A stretch of DNA of 44,289 nt, from contig CADBSM010000054.1 in assembly GCA_902797315.1 (NCBI GenBank), positions 1 through 44,289 on the forward strand, written 5' to 3'. Every line of letters begins with the position of its first letter. The stretch's first letter is position 1. Below the pieces are notes generated by a model. The model worked only from the letters and a program-made list of their open reading frames with translations. It did no database searches and was not told where the DNA came from. Both the position numbers and the translations under genes were made by a program. Origin of the DNA: an uncultured Pseudomonadota bacterium. GTDB taxonomy: Bacteria > Pseudomonadota > Alphaproteobacteria > RF32 > CAG-239. This document shows, piece after piece, positions 18,538 through 29,008 of the stretch.

Positions 18538-19308
18538 TCATATATCAAATTCAGCCACAAGGGGTGTATGATCTGATGGCTTTTCCTTTATTCTCAAGCT
18601 TCGATCAATCTCGCAATTTAAGGTGCAATCCATCATTTTGGAAGATCCGAAAAAATAATCGATCCGAAGCCCAAAATCATTTTCAAACGCACTTTGTGTA
18701 TAATCCCAAAAAGTATACCCATTTTGTTTTGGATTAAAATTTCGATAAATATCATAATAACCCATATATTCCAAAGTTTTAAGATGTGAGCGTACAATCT
18801 CATCTGTCAGAGCATTTGTTTTAAAAAGATCCGGGTTATAAACATCAAAATCTGTTGCAATGACATTAAAATCACCGCCCAAAAGGACATATTCGTTTTC
18901 AATAAGCAATTTTTGAGCATGCTTATTAAAAGCTTTCATAAAATCAAGTTTATATAAAAATTTATCACCTGGTTTTGGGTTACCGTTAGGCATATATACA
19001 CAACCCAGTTTAAGCTGATGATTAACGTTAACTTCTAAATATCTGGCTTGCACATCCTCAAAATTTGGTAAATTTTCACACACGACATTAACGTTTGTTT
19101 TAGATAGAATAGCCACACCATTATAACCTTTTTGACCAAGCACTTTTGCTTGATAGCCTGCCATATTGATTTCAAAAAAAGGAAAAGAATTAAATTCCGT
19201 TTTAATTTCTTGAAGCATAACAACATCTGGTGAAACTTTCGACAGCCAATCTAAAAGCAAAGGCAGACGAGCATTTATTGAATTGATGTTAAAAGTTGCT
19301 ATTTTCAT
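18538..19308 (-). CDS. xth: Exodeoxyribonuclease III
   Basis: 256 aa with MKIATFNINS..., LQEIK, GDFNV and a terminal SDHTPL motif of the EEP/ExoIII family. Confidence 0.9.
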   Translation of the reverse strand: MKIATFNINSINARLPLLLDWLSKVSPDVVMLQEIKTEFNSFPFFEINMAGYQAKVLGQKGYNGVAILSKTNVNVVCENLPNFEDVQARYLEVNVNHQLKLGCVYMPNGNPKPGDKFLYKLDFMKAFNKHAQKLLIENEYVLLGGDFNVIATDFDVYNPDLFKTNALTDEIVRSHLKTLEYMGYYDIYRNFNPKQNGYTFWDYTQSAFENDFGLRIDYFFGSSKMMDCTLNCEIDRSLRIKEKPSDHTPLVAEFDI

Positions 19309-19411
19309 AATGATACTTTATTAAATTTTTTTATAAATTCAACCAAGAAAATTAAATGATTATAAAGTTTTAAATGTTATTGTCGCTTCATTAGGAAATC
19401 ACGAGGCCAAG

Positions 19412-20368
19412 ATGAGAGAACTTTTAGACAATCCGAAAGAAGATCAATATTTAAACGAATTTCGCCAAAAAATTGCTCAAGAGATGCAAGAGGACATTGA
19501 GCGTCGTCGTCATGAATTAGAACGTTCACGCAATGGCTTGATTGGTTCTATTGCCGGCATTGTTCTAGCCGCAGTAGTCAGTTGGTTTCTTTTATTACCT
19601 CATTTTGGTGGCAATGCTGATAAAGAAATCCCCGTCATTAAAAGACCGATATTACCGGTCAAAATTCAACCGAGCGAACCCGGTGGCATGGAGATTTTAA
19701 ACCAAGATAAAACCGTTTATGCTTTGGTTGAAAAAAATGCCACTCTTGACACGAAAGTTGAAAGTTTGCTCCCCTCGCCTGAAACTCCTAAAATGCCTGT
19801 TATTGAGGCAAAAGTTGAAGAAACAGAAACTATTGATGAAATTTCATCTCAAGCAGAAACAGAAACAAGCTCTCCCGAACAAACACCTGAGAGTATTTCT
19901 GATTTAATAGAATCTGTTCAAGCAACAGCTACGGAAAAAATTAAAATTCCGGAGAAACTTCGACCAATTGAAGTCAATATTGTCAAAGCCACAACTGATG
20001 ATATTCAAAAAGCTGCAGCCATTCAAAATAATTTGCCAACCCAAAGTCAGTCAGAAACAAAGCCTGAAGCAAAACTACAGCCTAAAGAGCCCGACCTTGT
20101 TCAAAAGACAACAACAAGTGCTCCCTCAAATGCTCGTTTCCAGATTCAGCTCATGGCTTTATCTAAAAAAGAAGCTGTACAAAAAGGATATCAACAAATT
20201 AGCCTTAAACACGCGCATCTTAAAAATTTGCCTTATCAAATTGTACAAGGGCCATCTGATAGCCTTTACCGTTTAATGGTTGGTGCGTTTGCCACCAAAG
20301 AAGAAGCACAAAAACTTTGTGATCAAATCAAAAAAACAGGTGATAGCTGTATGGTCAAAGCAAAATGA
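19412..20368 (+). CDS. SPOR-domain membrane protein with an acidic/Pro-rich linker
   Basis: 318 aa with one TM helix, a long low-complexity E/T/P/K linker and a C-terminal SPOR-like fold (FQIQLMAL...YRLMVGAFATKEEAQKLCDQIK). Confidence 0.65.
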   Translation: MRELLDNPKEDQYLNEFRQKIAQEMQEDIERRRHELERSRNGLIGSIAGIVLAAVVSWFLLLPHFGGNADKEIPVIKRPILPVKIQPSEPGGMEILNQDKTVYALVEKNATLDTKVESLLPSPETPKMPVIEAKVEETETIDEISSQAETETSSPEQTPESISDLIESVQATATEKIKIPEKLRPIEVNIVKATTDDIQKAAAIQNNLPTQSQSETKPEAKLQPKEPDLVQKTTTSAPSNARFQIQLMALSKKEAVQKGYQQISLKHAHLKNLPYQIVQGPSDSLYRLMVGAFATKEEAQKLCDQIKKTGDSCMVKAK

Positions 20369-21426
20369 AACCGATATTAAGCACTATACTATCTGTTGCA
20401 TCTACAAAATTAAACGATGACGAAAAAAGGCTTCTTGAAAAGTCTAACCCTGTTGGTGTTGCTCTTTTTTCACGTAATTTAAAAACACAAAAACAAACAA
20501 CAAAACTAATTAAGAGCATCAAAGAAACTATTGGAAGAGACAATGTTTTGATTGCCTTGGATCAAGAAGGAGGGCGCGTTAACAGGCTCAAAAGTGCCGG
20601 ATTTAATGACTATGCTTCTCAAAGCATTCTTGGAAAAATTGGCAAATCACAAATTGTTCGTTCACATGCCAAGTTAATATCTGCTGACATGCGCTCTATT
20701 GGCGCTAATTTTAATTTTGCACCTGTTCTTGACATTGATTATCCTGAAACGACTTTTGCATTAAAATCAAGATGTTTTGGGTCAAAAATCAAAAAAATTG
20801 CACACTATGGACGCCTTTTATGGCAAACATATGCCCAATATGGAATTTGTCCTTGCATCAAGCATATGCCTGGACATGGCAGAGCACAAGCAGATCCGCA
20901 TTTAGGGCTCCCCATTGTTCAAAATTCTTTAGAAGAGCTCGCACAAGATTTTTATCCTTTTATTCAAAATAAGGATTGTCCTGCTGCTATGACTGCACAT
21001 ATTTTGCTCTCATGTATTGATCGTAAAACCCCTCTCACATTATCTAAAAAAGGTATTTCAGAAATTATCCGCGGCATTATCGATTATCAAGGCTTCCTTA
21101 TTTCAGATGCTATTGAAATGCACGCCTTAAAGGGAAATTTAATACAACGTATCAGTCAAGCACATAAAGCAGGCTGTGATGCAACGTGTTATTGTTTAGG
21201 ACATTATGATGCCTTAGAAGCTATTTGCACACAACCTATTTTTCTTTCAGACTCTTCTCTTGAAAGGCTGGAAAAAATATTTTCTGTTTTTAATAAGCAT
21301 AAAAACCAAAGAAAGCTTGATTTAGAAAAGAAAAAATATTACAGTTTAACTAATCTGTATGCTCAAGAAAAAGTAAATTATGATGCAACAGAAGTTTTAT
21401 TTAAACTTGAAAAAGGAGAAAGTTAA
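20365..21426 (+). CDS. nagZ: Beta-N-acetylhexosaminidase (GH3, NagZ-like)
   Basis: 353 aa with DQEGGRVNRL and KHMPGHGRAQADPH motifs. Its ATG overlaps the upstream TGA (ATGA). Confidence 0.85.
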   Translation: MKPILSTILSVASTKLNDDEKRLLEKSNPVGVALFSRNLKTQKQTTKLIKSIKETIGRDNVLIALDQEGGRVNRLKSAGFNDYASQSILGKIGKSQIVRSHAKLISADMRSIGANFNFAPVLDIDYPETTFALKSRCFGSKIKKIAHYGRLLWQTYAQYGICPCIKHMPGHGRAQADPHLGLPIVQNSLEELAQDFYPFIQNKDCPAAMTAHILLSCIDRKTPLTLSKKGISEIIRGIIDYQGFLISDAIEMHALKGNLIQRISQAHKAGCDATCYCLGHYDALEAICTQPIFLSDSSLERLEKIFSVFNKHKNQRKLDLEKKKYYSLTNLYAQEKVNYDATEVLFKLEKGES

Positions 21427-21608
21427 TGTTTGGGTGGTTGCTTGTCATTATTTTGGTCGCAGCTATTTTTTCAGCTCATAAACTTCCGGCATTTAAGGAA
21501 GAACTCAAGAATCTTGCAGACAAAGGTATTGAAGCTGCTAAAAACAGCAAAGAAAAAGCCGAAAAGAAAATTGCTGAAGCTAAAAAAAATCACAAAAAAG
21601 AAAAGTAA
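21426..21608 (+). CDS. tatA: TatA/TatE-like twin-arginine translocase subunit
   Basis: 60 aa with a single N-terminal TM helix, a hinge ...FSAHKLP (usually FG..KLP) and then an amphipathic Lys/Glu-rich helix. SD is AAAGGAG, with a TAATG overlap with nagZ. Confidence 0.55.
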   Translation: MFGWLLVIILVAAIFSAHKLPAFKEELKNLADKGIEAAKNSKEKAEKKIAEAKKNHKKEK

Positions 21609-21621
21609 TATCAGCTTGATT

Positions 21622-21652
21622 AAAAAAAACTCCCTTTAAAAGGGAGTTTTTT
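21622..21652. terminator. Bidirectional terminator between tatA (+) and the RND permease gene (-)
   Basis: A8-ACTCCCTT-TAA-AAGGGAGT-T6. Confidence 0.75.
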
Positions 21653-21659
21653 ATTAAAT

Positions 21660-24600
21660 CTATTTTTTAGTCATAAATTTTTCGGTAATACTTTGAAAAA
21701 GTACATACAACAGCGGAATAATCAGCAAACCACCTATTGTACCAATAAGCATTCCATAAAAGACAGGCACACCGATAGCCACCCTACTACCTGCCCCTGC
21801 GCCAGTTGCAACAATAAGCGGCAACATACCTAAAATAAAGGTAAATGCCGTCATTAATACAGCTCTAAATCTTTCTTTAGTCGCAATAATTGCGGCCTTA
21901 TCAATAGAAACACCCTTTGCTCTTTCGTCTCGGGCAAATTCTACAATCAAAATAGCATTTTTGGAAGCTAAGCCAACCAGTAAAATAAGACCAAGCTGAG
22001 CATAAATACTTAAAGATAAAGAAGCAACAAAAGTTCCAAAAAAAGCACCAAGCATAGCCACCAAAACGGAACTTAAAACCGAGATTGGTAACATCCAGCT
22101 TTCATATTGAGCAACTAAAAACAAATAACCAAACAAAATAGCAAGTGCAATCAGCATACCCACCTGCCCACTGTTTTTCTTTTCTTGTAAGCTCATTGTG
22201 GACCATTCGTAACTATAACCTTCCGGCAAAGATTTAAGTGCTAAATCTTCCATGGCTTTCATCGCTTGTCCGCTACTCACACCAGGATTTGTCATAGCGG
22301 TGATGGTTGCTGCTGGAAATTGATTGTAACGATCAAAACTACGTGGTGCCTGTATCATATCAATTGTAATCAAACTACCTAAAGGAACCATGTGGCCGTC
22401 ATTGCTTGTGACATGGAGTTTTTTAATACTGTCTATGTCCTGTCTGTAAGGCCAATCAGCTTGAACCATAACTTTATTAACTTGCGTACCGATGTTAATG
22501 TCATTAACATAGCTAGAACCCAAATAATTTTGCAATACAGTATAAATCGACGAAATGGAAACATTCATTATTTCAGCTTTTTCTTTATCAATTTCAATAT
22601 GTGCATGAGGCGTTGCTGCCGTATATGTTGAAAAAGCATACATAATTTCTGGAAGCGCATTAACTTTAGCGACAAAGCTTTTCGTCACAGTCTCAAGAGC
22701 CTTTGGATCGGTCGAATCTAAGGACTGCAACCTGAAATCCATACCTCCCGTATTACCAAGTCCTGGAATGGCTGGAAATTCAAATAAATTGATCTCTGCT
22801 TCAGGTATAGAAGAGATTTTAGCTTTAATGCGATTCAAGATATTTGTTGAATACTCTTCTTTGCCTTTACGCTTATCCCATGGAGCAAGATTAATAATGG
22901 CTATACCCACATTTTCACCCTGACCTGAAAGCATACTAAAACCGATAATATCCATCACTGATTGAACGCTTTTTTCTTGTTTAATGATAGGAATAAGTTC
23001 TTTAATGACATTATCCGTTCTAGGCTGTGTGGCCCCTTCAGGAAGCTGAATATTTGTCACAATAACACCTTGATCTTCAGCAGGAATAAAGCTCGTATAG
23101 CTTATCTTAAAAAAGAGCATATTAGCCACAAACAAAAGAAGCAATATCAAAGCAATAACACTAATTTTACGGGCAATATAACCAACATAGGCTAAATATT
23201 TATTGCGGCTTTTTTCAACAATTTTGTTAAACCACATTAAGGGACCACTTGTTGTCGGTTTAAGCGGTTTTAAAATTGTGGCACACAAGGCTGGTGACAA
23301 CGTCAAAGCATTCACCGATGAGAAAACAACAGCAAACGAAATAGAAATAGCAAATTGTTGGTAAATTTTACCTGTAATACCTCCGATAAAGGCAATTGGC
23401 ACAAAAATGGCCAGTAAAACAAGTGTTGTTGCAACAATGGCGCTTGAAACCTCTTCCATGGCCTTAACTGCTGCTTGTTTTGGCGTTAAATTTTCTTCTT
23501 CCATTAAACTTAAAACACGTTCGACCACAACGATAGCATCATCAACGACAAGACCTATAGCTAGAACCAATCCAAAAAGTGTTAAAATATTCAAGCTATA
23601 TCCTAAGGCAAGCATCACGGCAAAAGTCGCTAGCAACGATACCGGAATTGTAATTGAAGGCACTAAAGTTGAACGCCAGTCCTGCAAAAACAGGTAACAC
23701 ACAGCCACAACCAACACAAAAGTCAACAGAAGCGTTTCAACGACTTCTTTGATTGAAGCTTTAATATAATCAGTTGCATCAAAAAAGACATCTATCGTAA
23801 AATCGTCCGGATAAAAAGCAGACAAGCGTTCCAGTTCTTCTCTAACAGCCTTCATGGCCTCAATTGCATTGGCACCTGATAAGGTATTCAGAGCAATAGC
23901 CACTGAAGTAGAGCCATCAACTTCTGATTTAAAGGTGTAATTTTCCGAACCGATTTCAACACGTGCGATATCTTTTAATTTTACCAAACCACCGTCTTGT
24001 TCTGTCCGAATAATAATATTTTCAAAATCCTTAACCTCATTTAGACGTCCCTGAGTCTCAAGGGTATAAAGCATTTGTTGTCCTTCATCTGAAGGCATTG
24101 AACCGACCGAACCTAATGATGGCTGAAAATTTTGGCTTGAAATAGCCGCCCTGATAGCCGATAAAGGAATATTTAAAGCAGCAATTTTGTCAGCGTCAAG
24201 CCACACTCTCATAGAAAGAGGTGCAGCATAAATACTTACCTCACCAATACCATATAGTCTGGCTAAATTATTTTTAACATTGTTTTCGATATAATTGCTC
24301 ATGAAGCCACGATCTAACGTGCCGTTTGGCGAATGCGCAACTAAAAACCCTAAAATATCCGAGGATCGGCGTTTAACAGACACCCCAAATTTTTGAACTT
24401 CTGATGGCAATTTACTCATAGCCTGCTGAACACGATTTTGGACTTTAACTTGTGCCATATCTGGATCTGTTCCTACCTCAAAACTCACAGACAAGCGATA
24501 CATACCTGTATTTGAAGAAGTAGAGCTCATATAAAGCATATTCTCAACACCGTTAACATCCTGTTCAATAGGAATACCGACGCTATTGGCAACCACTTCT

Positions 24601-24764
24601 GCCGAAGCACCCGTGTAGTTTGCCGTAACATTAACTTCTGGGGGAGTAATTTGCGGATAAAGAGAAATCGGCAGCGAGAAAACAGCAATAAGACCAGCCA
24701 ATGACATCACAATGGCGATGACAATAGCAAAACGCGGGCGTTCAATAAAAAATCTTGAAAACAT
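21660..24764 (-). CDS. RND multidrug efflux permease (AcrB/MexB family)
   Basis: 1034 aa with 12-TM RND architecture, starting [14 protein letters not shown], with two large periplasmic loops. Confidence 0.95.
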   Translation of the reverse strand: MFSRFFIERPRFAIVIAIVMSLAGLIAVFSLPISLYPQITPPEVNVTANYTGASAEVVANSVGIPIEQDVNGVENMLYMSSTSSNTGMYRLSVSFEVGTDPDMAQVKVQNRVQQAMSKLPSEVQKFGVSVKRRSSDILGFLVAHSPNGTLDRGFMSNYIENNVKNNLARLYGIGEVSIYAAPLSMRVWLDADKIAALNIPLSAIRAAISSQNFQPSLGSVGSMPSDEGQQMLYTLETQGRLNEVKDFENIIIRTEQDGGLVKLKDIARVEIGSENYTFKSEVDGSTSVAIALNTLSGANAIEAMKAVREELERLSAFYPDDFTIDVFFDATDYIKASIKEVVETLLLTFVLVVAVCYLFLQDWRSTLVPSITIPVSLLATFAVMLALGYSLNILTLFGLVLAIGLVVDDAIVVVERVLSLMEEENLTPKQAAVKAMEEVSSAIVATTLVLLAIFVPIAFIGGITGKIYQQFAISISFAVVFSSVNALTLSPALCATILKPLKPTTSGPLMWFNKIVEKSRNKYLAYVGYIARKISVIALILLLLFVANMLFFKISYTSFIPAEDQGVIVTNIQLPEGATQPRTDNVIKELIPIIKQEKSVQSVMDIIGFSMLSGQGENVGIAIINLAPWDKRKGKEEYSTNILNRIKAKISSIPEAEINLFEFPAIPGLGNTGGMDFRLQSLDSTDPKALETVTKSFVAKVNALPEIMYAFSTYTAATPHAHIEIDKEKAEIMNVSISSIYTVLQNYLGSSYVNDINIGTQVNKVMVQADWPYRQDIDSIKKLHVTSNDGHMVPLGSLITIDMIQAPRSFDRYNQFPAATITAMTNPGVSSGQAMKAMEDLALKSLPEGYSYEWSTMSLQEKKNSGQVGMLIALAILFGYLFLVAQYESWMLPISVLSSVLVAMLGAFFGTFVASLSLSIYAQLGLILLVGLASKNAILIVEFARDERAKGVSIDKAAIIATKERFRAVLMTAFTFILGMLPLIVATGAGAGSRVAIGVPVFYGMLIGTIGGLLIIPLLYVLFQSITEKFMTKK

Positions 24765-24782
24765 ATCGACAACAATCCTTCC

Positions 24783-25937
24783 TTAGTTTGCTTGCACGAA
24801 AGCCTGTTGAACTTTTGTACCGTTAGAAAGCTTTTGGAGGCCTTTAATCACCACTTTCTCACCATCACTCAAACCTTCTTTGACTACTTGTTTGTCAGCC
24901 AAAACTTCGCCCAAAACAACGCGCCGCTCGTAAGCAATATTATCGTTATCTACCACAAAAACATAAAAACCATTTTCATCTTGAGCCAAGGCTGCTTGCG
25001 GCACCATAACACTTAACTGAGGCTCCAAAATAAGAGCTATTTGCACGTAACTACCCGGAATAAGCCGTTCATCATCATTTTCAAAATCGCCATATATCGA
25101 AACTGTTGCGGTATTGGTACTCACCTCATTATCAACAAAACTTGATTTAAAATCTTTCACAACGACTGTTCCATCTGGTAAAGTAATACGTGCCTTAATT
25201 TTAGATTTTTCAACGGATTGAGCATTATTTTTAAACGCTAAAAACTCTTTATCTGTTAAAGTAAAAGCTATACGAATAGGATTAAGCTGAACAATTTTAG
25301 CCAATACCTGCTGTGAAGCAATAACACGATTGCCTTTTGTCACCAAAGCCTTACCGATGTAACCATTAATAGGGGCGCGACTAGCTGTGTCTTCATAGTT
25401 AATTTGCGCAAGTTCTAAATTTGCTCTCGCTTGAGCAACATTTGCTTTGGCTTGAAGATACATGCTTTCTGCCGCATCGAAAGCTGCTTTTGATGAAATA
25501 TTTTGTTTGCTCAATTTTATTTGACGGTTATAGTTTCTTTCAGCTTCTGTGAGGGCTGCTTGTGCACGTTCAAGCTCAGCCTGTCTCAAATCAACAGTTG
25601 CCTTAAAACTTGCTGCATCAATTTTAAACAGAATATCACCTTCTTTAACAAAGCTTCCTTCTTCAAAAGCAACTTCTTCTATCGTACCATTTACTTTAGG
25701 TTGCAATGCCACGCTATTAATAGCCTCCACATGGGCAATATGGGTTTGTGCTTTGGCCGTATCCGCAAGTTTTGCTTGAGTCGTTAGCACATAAGGCACC
25801 TGTAGCCCGAAGGCTCCCATATTCATTTTAGGTGTCATTTTAGCCTTTAAGAACCACCCTAATGACACACATAAAATAATAAAAGCCAATCGTCTTAAAA
25901 TAACTGTTTTATGTGGTTTAGTGAGCAACATTTTCAA
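24783..25937 (-). CDS. RND periplasmic adaptor (membrane fusion protein, AcrA family)
   Basis: 384 aa with an N-terminal anchor, a coiled-coil hairpin and lipoyl/beta-barrel segments. It lies immediately upstream of the permease gene. Confidence 0.9.
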   Translation of the reverse strand: MKMLLTKPHKTVILRRLAFIILCVSLGWFLKAKMTPKMNMGAFGLQVPYVLTTQAKLADTAKAQTHIAHVEAINSVALQPKVNGTIEEVAFEEGSFVKEGDILFKIDAASFKATVDLRQAELERAQAALTEAERNYNRQIKLSKQNISSKAAFDAAESMYLQAKANVAQARANLELAQINYEDTASRAPINGYIGKALVTKGNRVIASQQVLAKIVQLNPIRIAFTLTDKEFLAFKNNAQSVEKSKIKARITLPDGTVVVKDFKSSFVDNEVSTNTATVSIYGDFENDDERLIPGSYVQIALILEPQLSVMVPQAALAQDENGFYVFVVDNDNIAYERRVVLGEVLADKQVVKEGLSDGEKVVIKGLQKLSNGTKVQQAFVQAN

Positions 25938-26547
25938 TCCTTTCTTTCAACCCATTAATCATTAAATCAAAATTTTTTTCAACCATTGTTTTTAAATCAA
26001 TGGTTGAACGTTTGCTAAAATAAGCTTCAAGCGTTCCTGTCCAAAGATTTAAAAGAATATCAGCTAAGATGTTCACATCAAAATCGCGACGTATTTCGCC
26101 ACCTTTTTGAAGCAAAGTCAAGCAATCTTTCAAATATTCAAGATGATCTTTTTTACTTTTTCCAATGGCTGTCATCACTTTTGTGATAATGGCTTCAGAC
26201 CATTCCATTTGCAAACTCAAGAAAAAAGCAAGTTTTGTACAATTTGAATCACTTAAGATAAAGTCTACCATACATAAAAAATACCGTCTAACATCATCTA
26301 GTGTGCTTATTTTATTCATTTTTTGGCTTAAATAAGCATGTTTGATTTCAATATATTGGTTAATCAGAGCGACCAACAAATCCGGCTTATTTTTAAAATG
26401 CCAATACACAGCACCTTTGCTTAAACTGATTTGCTGAGCAATGCCTTCAAAAGTTGTTTTTGAATACCCCTTTTGGTAAAACAAATCAAGTGCAGAATTT
26501 AAAATTGCTTGACGTGTTTCTTCAGCTTTTTGCTTTGTTCTTTTCAT
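25918..26547 (-). CDS. TetR/AcrR-family transcriptional regulator
   Basis: 209 aa with an N-terminal HTH (GYSKTTFEGIAQQISLSKGAVYWHFKNK). It overlaps the adaptor gene start by 20 nt. Confidence 0.9.
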   Translation of the reverse strand: MKRTKQKAEETRQAILNSALDLFYQKGYSKTTFEGIAQQISLSKGAVYWHFKNKPDLLVALINQYIEIKHAYLSQKMNKISTLDDVRRYFLCMVDFILSDSNCTKLAFFLSLQMEWSEAIITKVMTAIGKSKKDHLEYLKDCLTLLQKGGEIRRDFDVNILADILLNLWTGTLEAYFSKRSTIDLKTMVEKNFDLMINGLKERIENVAH

Positions 26548-26627
26548 TTTACCCTTCTTATCATAACAACATACATTCGGGTAGGTATAAATAATTTTTC
26601 ACCAATATGCAAGAAGTTTTTAAAAAA

Positions 26628-26660
26628 AAGAAACCTTAAATCTTTAAGGTTTCTTTTTTT
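26628..26660 (-). terminator. Rho-independent terminator after the oxidoreductase gene (symmetric, A-run/T-run flanked)
   Basis: AAGAAACCTTAAA / TTTAAGGTTTCTT inverted repeat, flanked by A8 and T7. Confidence 0.7.
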
Positions 26661-26674
26661 GACATTAAAAATTT

Positions 26675-27691
26675 TTAGGCTGCATTCAAAAAAGAAGCTT
26701 GTGATGACTTTAAAAATCCGAGCTTTCGTTGAACTTCCCATACCACTTTTAATGCTTCAAGTGCATTTTCACCACTGATACGAGGCGAGCTTTTTCCTAA
26801 AATGCAGTCAATAAAATGTTTTTGTTCAGCCGCTAAGGGTTGATTTGTCGGAATAAACAAATGCTCTTCACAACCTTTTAAGCCATAATTCATCCATTCA
26901 GGAAGAGATTCTTTATTTATGTAAGGCGACCTTCCCTGCGTACAAACATTAATGCTTTGAGCAATAAAATCCATATCTATATAATTTTCATCTGTTGTCA
27001 CCGTTAATGTTCTGACGCGCGACTGCGTAATGCGACTAGCCGTTAAGTTTGCTGTTACACCATTTTCAAATTTAAGCAACGCAGAAATATAGTCTTTTCC
27101 GTCTGGTTTATCTTTTGTTTGTACATTTGAAGCCTCAACATTTATGACTTTAGATTTCACAAGAGATTGTACAACTTCAACATCGTGAATCATCAAATCC
27201 ATCGCCACATCAACATCTGTGATACGACCGCTTGCAGCTGACATGCGTTGAGCTGTCAACGATCTGATTTTAGAGGTGTCTGTCAAAATTTTAGACAATT
27301 GTTCCACTGCCGGATTAAAGCGTTCAATATGCCCAACAAGCAAGACAGCATTGTTTTCTTTTGCCGCCTTAATCAAACGTTGACATTCTAGCTCTGTCGT
27401 TGCCAAAGGCTTTTCTATTAAGCAGTGAATACCTTTTTTTAAGAAAAACTCACCCACATCAGCATGCGTTACTGAGGTTGTCACAACACTAACAGCCTGA
27501 ACGTTTTGAGCCACTTCTTCCATCGAAGAAAAAGCTTTAATGTGAAATGTTTCAGCAGCTTGATTCGCAGCTTCTTCGAACACATCATAAACGCCAACCA
27601 AATCAACTCCCGGAAGAGATTGATATGTTTTAATATGATTTTTACCCATCATACCAGCGCCTATAACGGCAACTTTAATCAAATTTGTCAT
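26675..27691 (-). CDS. Gfo/Idh/MocA-family NAD(P)-dependent oxidoreductase
   Basis: It has the Rossmann motif KVAVIGAGMMGKNH and EKPLA. I prefer the start at 27691 (AAGGA SD) over the track's 27736. Confidence 0.8.
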   Translation of the reverse strand: MTNLIKVAVIGAGMMGKNHIKTYQSLPGVDLVGVYDVFEEAANQAAETFHIKAFSSMEEVAQNVQAVSVVTTSVTHADVGEFFLKKGIHCLIEKPLATTELECQRLIKAAKENNAVLLVGHIERFNPAVEQLSKILTDTSKIRSLTAQRMSAASGRITDVDVAMDLMIHDVEVVQSLVKSKVINVEASNVQTKDKPDGKDYISALLKFENGVTANLTASRITQSRVRTLTVTTDENYIDMDFIAQSINVCTQGRSPYINKESLPEWMNYGLKGCEEHLFIPTNQPLAAEQKHFIDCILGKSSPRISGENALEALKVVWEVQRKLGFLKSSQASFLNAA

Positions 27692-27799
27692 AAGAGTTCC
27701 TTTGTTTAAGTTAAAAACTGAGCAAGAATATATCACACTTTGAGCTTAATTTCTTTTAAAAAGATGTTACATTTTATTACATTTTATGCTTTCAACCGC

Positions 27800-27813
27800 T
27801 TGAAATATTTCAA
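27800..27813. promoter_or_regulatory. Perfect 14-bp palindrome TTGAAATATTTCAA (FNR/FixK/CRP-family-type box, TTGA-N6-TCAA)
   Basis: Read directly from the sequence. It lies in the divergent intergenic region between the oxidoreductase gene and the small secreted-protein gene. Confidence 0.3.
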
Positions 27814-27853
27814 CAAGAGAATATATCTTTATTTTTACTTGGAGAACAAAGAT

Positions 27854-28279
27854 ATGTATTCAATAGTGTTAGCACTGTTAATTGTTTGTCAAGCGGTATA
27901 TGCCCAAGAAAATACTGAAATATTCGGGCAGGCTCGAACGCCTTCAGGAAAGAAGGTGCAATCTTTTATGGTTGTTCCTAATGACCCTACACAAAATTTT
28001 CACAGCGAAAATCCCATCAAACAAACTTTACCCGAGCCAATTGAGAGAAAAACTCCAGAAACATCGAACATTCAGCCATTAAAACAAATCAACCAATGGG
28101 CCAAACAAGATCCAAAGCCTTTTTCTATTTCGCCTCAAAAAGAGCAAAATGAAATTGAAAACACACTCTATGAAGGAGGAAACCGCATTTACGATGTTCA
28201 ATCTTATCCCATCAAAGACATTAAAACGATAACCGAGCCAAACTTAGACCCGACAATTTCGACTTATCCTGAGTATTAA
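27854..28279 (+). CDS. Small secreted protein, unknown function (Pro/Gln-rich)
   Basis: GGAGA lies 8 nt upstream of the ATG at 27854, and the signal peptide is MYSIVLALLIVCQAVYA-Q. The track's longer N-terminal extension lacks an SD. Confidence 0.5.
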   Translation: MYSIVLALLIVCQAVYAQENTEIFGQARTPSGKKVQSFMVVPNDPTQNFHSENPIKQTLPEPIERKTPETSNIQPLKQINQWAKQDPKPFSISPQKEQNEIENTLYEGGNRIYDVQSYPIKDIKTITEPNLDPTISTYPEY

Positions 28280-28998
28280 ACACGTTCATATTCAAAAAAA
28301 ACAGGGCGCCTACCTTCTCTTAGGGCCTTACGCTGATATTTTGTATCTGCCCAATCCGAAGGCGGATTTCGCCAATCGTTCGAACTTTTGGCCGTCCAGC
28401 GAAAATTCGGACACTGGTGCATTGTTCTTAAAACGTGGCGTTTATATATCGGATGATCTGTCGCAATTTGCAAAACGCCTCCTTTTTTTAATATTCTGCT
28501 TAAGTCTTGAAGATTTTTAGCATTAATAAAACGGCGTTCTGCATGCTTTTTTTTAGGCCAGGGATCTGGAAAAAGAAGATAAATTTTATCAAAAAAGGCA
28601 TCTGGGATGTAATCAAACAACAATCTGACATCATCATCAAAAATACGCACATTATCAGATCTTGTGTCAAGAAGCGAAATGTCGTTTGCAATCATTTGTG
28701 TATCTTTAACGCCTGTCATTAGCGATAAAAGGTTTGCAACACCATTTTGAAAAACTTCTACACCAATAAACGCCGTATCTTTCATTTTTGATGAAACTTG
28801 TGCGAGATGTTCCCCGTCTCCAAAACCAATTTCAAGGTAAACTTTTTGATAGTCCCTCGAAAACATTTTCGATAGCTCAAAGGGTGTTTTCGGTGAAATA
28901 CGCACTGAGGGCAAAAAATGAGCCAGTAAAAAGCTTTTTGCTTTTCTGATTGTTCTGCCCTTGCGTCTGCCAAAAAATTTCGGAGAATCAGAAAACAT
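28276..28998 (-). CDS. trmB: tRNA (guanine-N7)-methyltransferase
   Basis: It has EIGFGDGEHL (SAM site) and LLFPDPWPKKKHAERR. An alternative GTG start at 29022 would overlap the XRE gene. Confidence 0.9.
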   Translation of the reverse strand: MFSDSPKFFGRRKGRTIRKAKSFLLAHFLPSVRISPKTPFELSKMFSRDYQKVYLEIGFGDGEHLAQVSSKMKDTAFIGVEVFQNGVANLLSLMTGVKDTQMIANDISLLDTRSDNVRIFDDDVRLLFDYIPDAFFDKIYLLFPDPWPKKKHAERRFINAKNLQDLSRILKKGGVLQIATDHPIYKRHVLRTMHQCPNFRWTAKSSNDWRNPPSDWADTKYQRKALREGRRPVFFEYERV

Positions 28999-29008
28999 GA
29001 CAGAGCCT

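Noticed and set aside
17478-18560. The track's N-terminal extensions of several ORFs (18560, 27736, 27740, 31688, 40878, 6381 and 13241).
   Set aside because: In each case an internal ATG has a well-spaced SD and/or begins a canonical signal peptide or conserved N-terminus. The longer form would overlap the neighbouring gene or lack an RBS.
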